64,000 nt of DNA from assembly GCF_004010195.1 (NCBI RefSeq), contig NC_057736.1, forward strand, positions 25,007,685 through 25,071,684, read 5' to 3'. A program made the translations under genes and the position numbers. Shown here piece after piece: positions 62,688 through 64,000 of this stretch. A model generated the notes under the pieces. It searched no databases. It saw nothing but the letters and a program-made list of their open reading frames with translations, and was not told where the DNA came from. Origin of the DNA: Chiloscyllium plagiosum (Eukaryota). Every line of letters begins with the position of its first letter. Within the stretch, counting starts at the first letter, position 1.

Positions 62688-64000
62688 GTAAGGGCACTTT
62701 ATGGAGAGATCTCCCTGTAGGATAAAGAGGAAAGCTACTATATCAGATATATCTCCTGCACTTACACAAAATCCCAATTCCCCATATTTGCCACCTTATT
62801 TTTAGTAATTTCGTAGCTTTGTAATCCAGACTTGTGCCATTCACTAAATTATTGAGCAAAGTTACTTTTAGATATTTAAAGTTGCTTAAAACGTTCATTT
62901 TGGTCCTCTTTATTCCATGACTCTAAGACTTTCAATGTTTTGAAGCTTTGATTTAAACGGATGACATTGTACTGAAATAATTACTATTCTGTGCAATAAT
63001 ATTGCAGTGGAAAAATTCAATATTCTGAAACCAGTTCAGATTATCCAAGAAATAGAAGCAATGTATGCAGTAACTCTTTTCAGTCACGAGATGTGTTCAT
63101 GTGATTTGCAACCATGCAATGTATTTGTTTGCTGAATAGCAAAACATTTGTACTGGGTCTTTTATTCTCTTGAAAAGCTATTTAATGTGTGTTTTCAAGA
63201 ATTTCAATACATTCAATTATTGGAGAAGAGAACTTTGTTTTATAGGTTAGTTCCTTTGAGCATCTCCAAATTTCTTGACTATTGATTACTTTGCAATTGT
63301 GATTAGTATAATATTTTGTGATTTCAGTGCTGTAGTTTCAGAAGTCTGTCATAATGTGTCAACTTTAGCGCAGTAATAACATGCTTGCCTCCAGTTTGGA
63401 AAAGATTGTGGTGTTCAAGTCACTGTCTATATACTTGAACACATTATCTGACCTGGCACTCGTAAAACTGAAAGCGTGCTACCTGTCAACGACATTGCTT
63501 TTCAAATGAGATGGAAAATAAAGGTCCTGTCTGCTTGTTTGGATGAATTTAATAGACCTAATGACACTAATCAAAGTCCACTGGCTAGTTGAGATTTGGC
63601 CGTCAGATTTCTCTCCGCTGCAACTGTGACAACACTTCAGTTGTACTTTAATGGTTGTGAAGGATGTGTGAGATGCTGCATAAATAAGGTTCATTCTTAA
63701 ATGGGTGCGGGAGTAAAATTTAATCATAGTTGGATGTGAATTCATCCCATTCTCCAGGAAATTTGGATGGGAAAAAATTAATTATACTGCCAAAGCAATT
63801 TGAAAGCAGAATGCAATGTATATTTTTGAGTTGTGCAATCTTTCCTCCTCCACTTTCTAATGCTACCAAGAAAAATCATGCACCTTTTCATTTCTGAATT
63901 AATGCTTCTAAATAATATGAAATGTTCAACATGATCTTGTGTAAACTGTACTTTCAGATTGATCTCTCCATTTTTGTCAAGTCCCAAAAATAAATTCACT

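Noticed and set aside
1-64000. CRISPR arrays, operons or prokaryotic defence systems
   Set aside because: The window is intron-containing vertebrate DNA; repeats are dispersed retroelements, and no regularly spaced direct-repeat array was seen.

Overview
Vertebrate (eukaryotic) genomic DNA. The repeat repertoire (V-SINEs, CR1-like LINEs, Penelope-like elements) points to a cartilaginous fish, probably a shark; this is inference. Two + strand genes can be reconstructed exon by exon with GT-AG sites and consistent phases. Neurochondrin (NCDN) is complete: a non-coding exon 1 at about 26.2 kb and six coding exons from 28189 to 42045, giving 727 aa. Claspin (CLSPN) is partial: the first 7 coding exons, 48730-62687, run off the window. 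A CpG-rich bidirectional promoter at about 25.7-26.5 kb appears to drive an unidentified - strand transcript; KIAA0319L is expected from synteny, but no coding exon was recognised. The rest is intronic or intergenic, rich in decayed retroelements, with a 315-nt N gap. The most interesting signal is three distinct families of Penelope-like (PLE) sequences carrying minimal hammerhead-ribozyme cores (CUGANGA + extra nt + helix II + GAAA + palindromic ACGU/AGCU + H). These include tiny TSD-flanked ribozyme-headed insertions and fold-back (hairpin) dimers inside host introns and downstream of NCDN.
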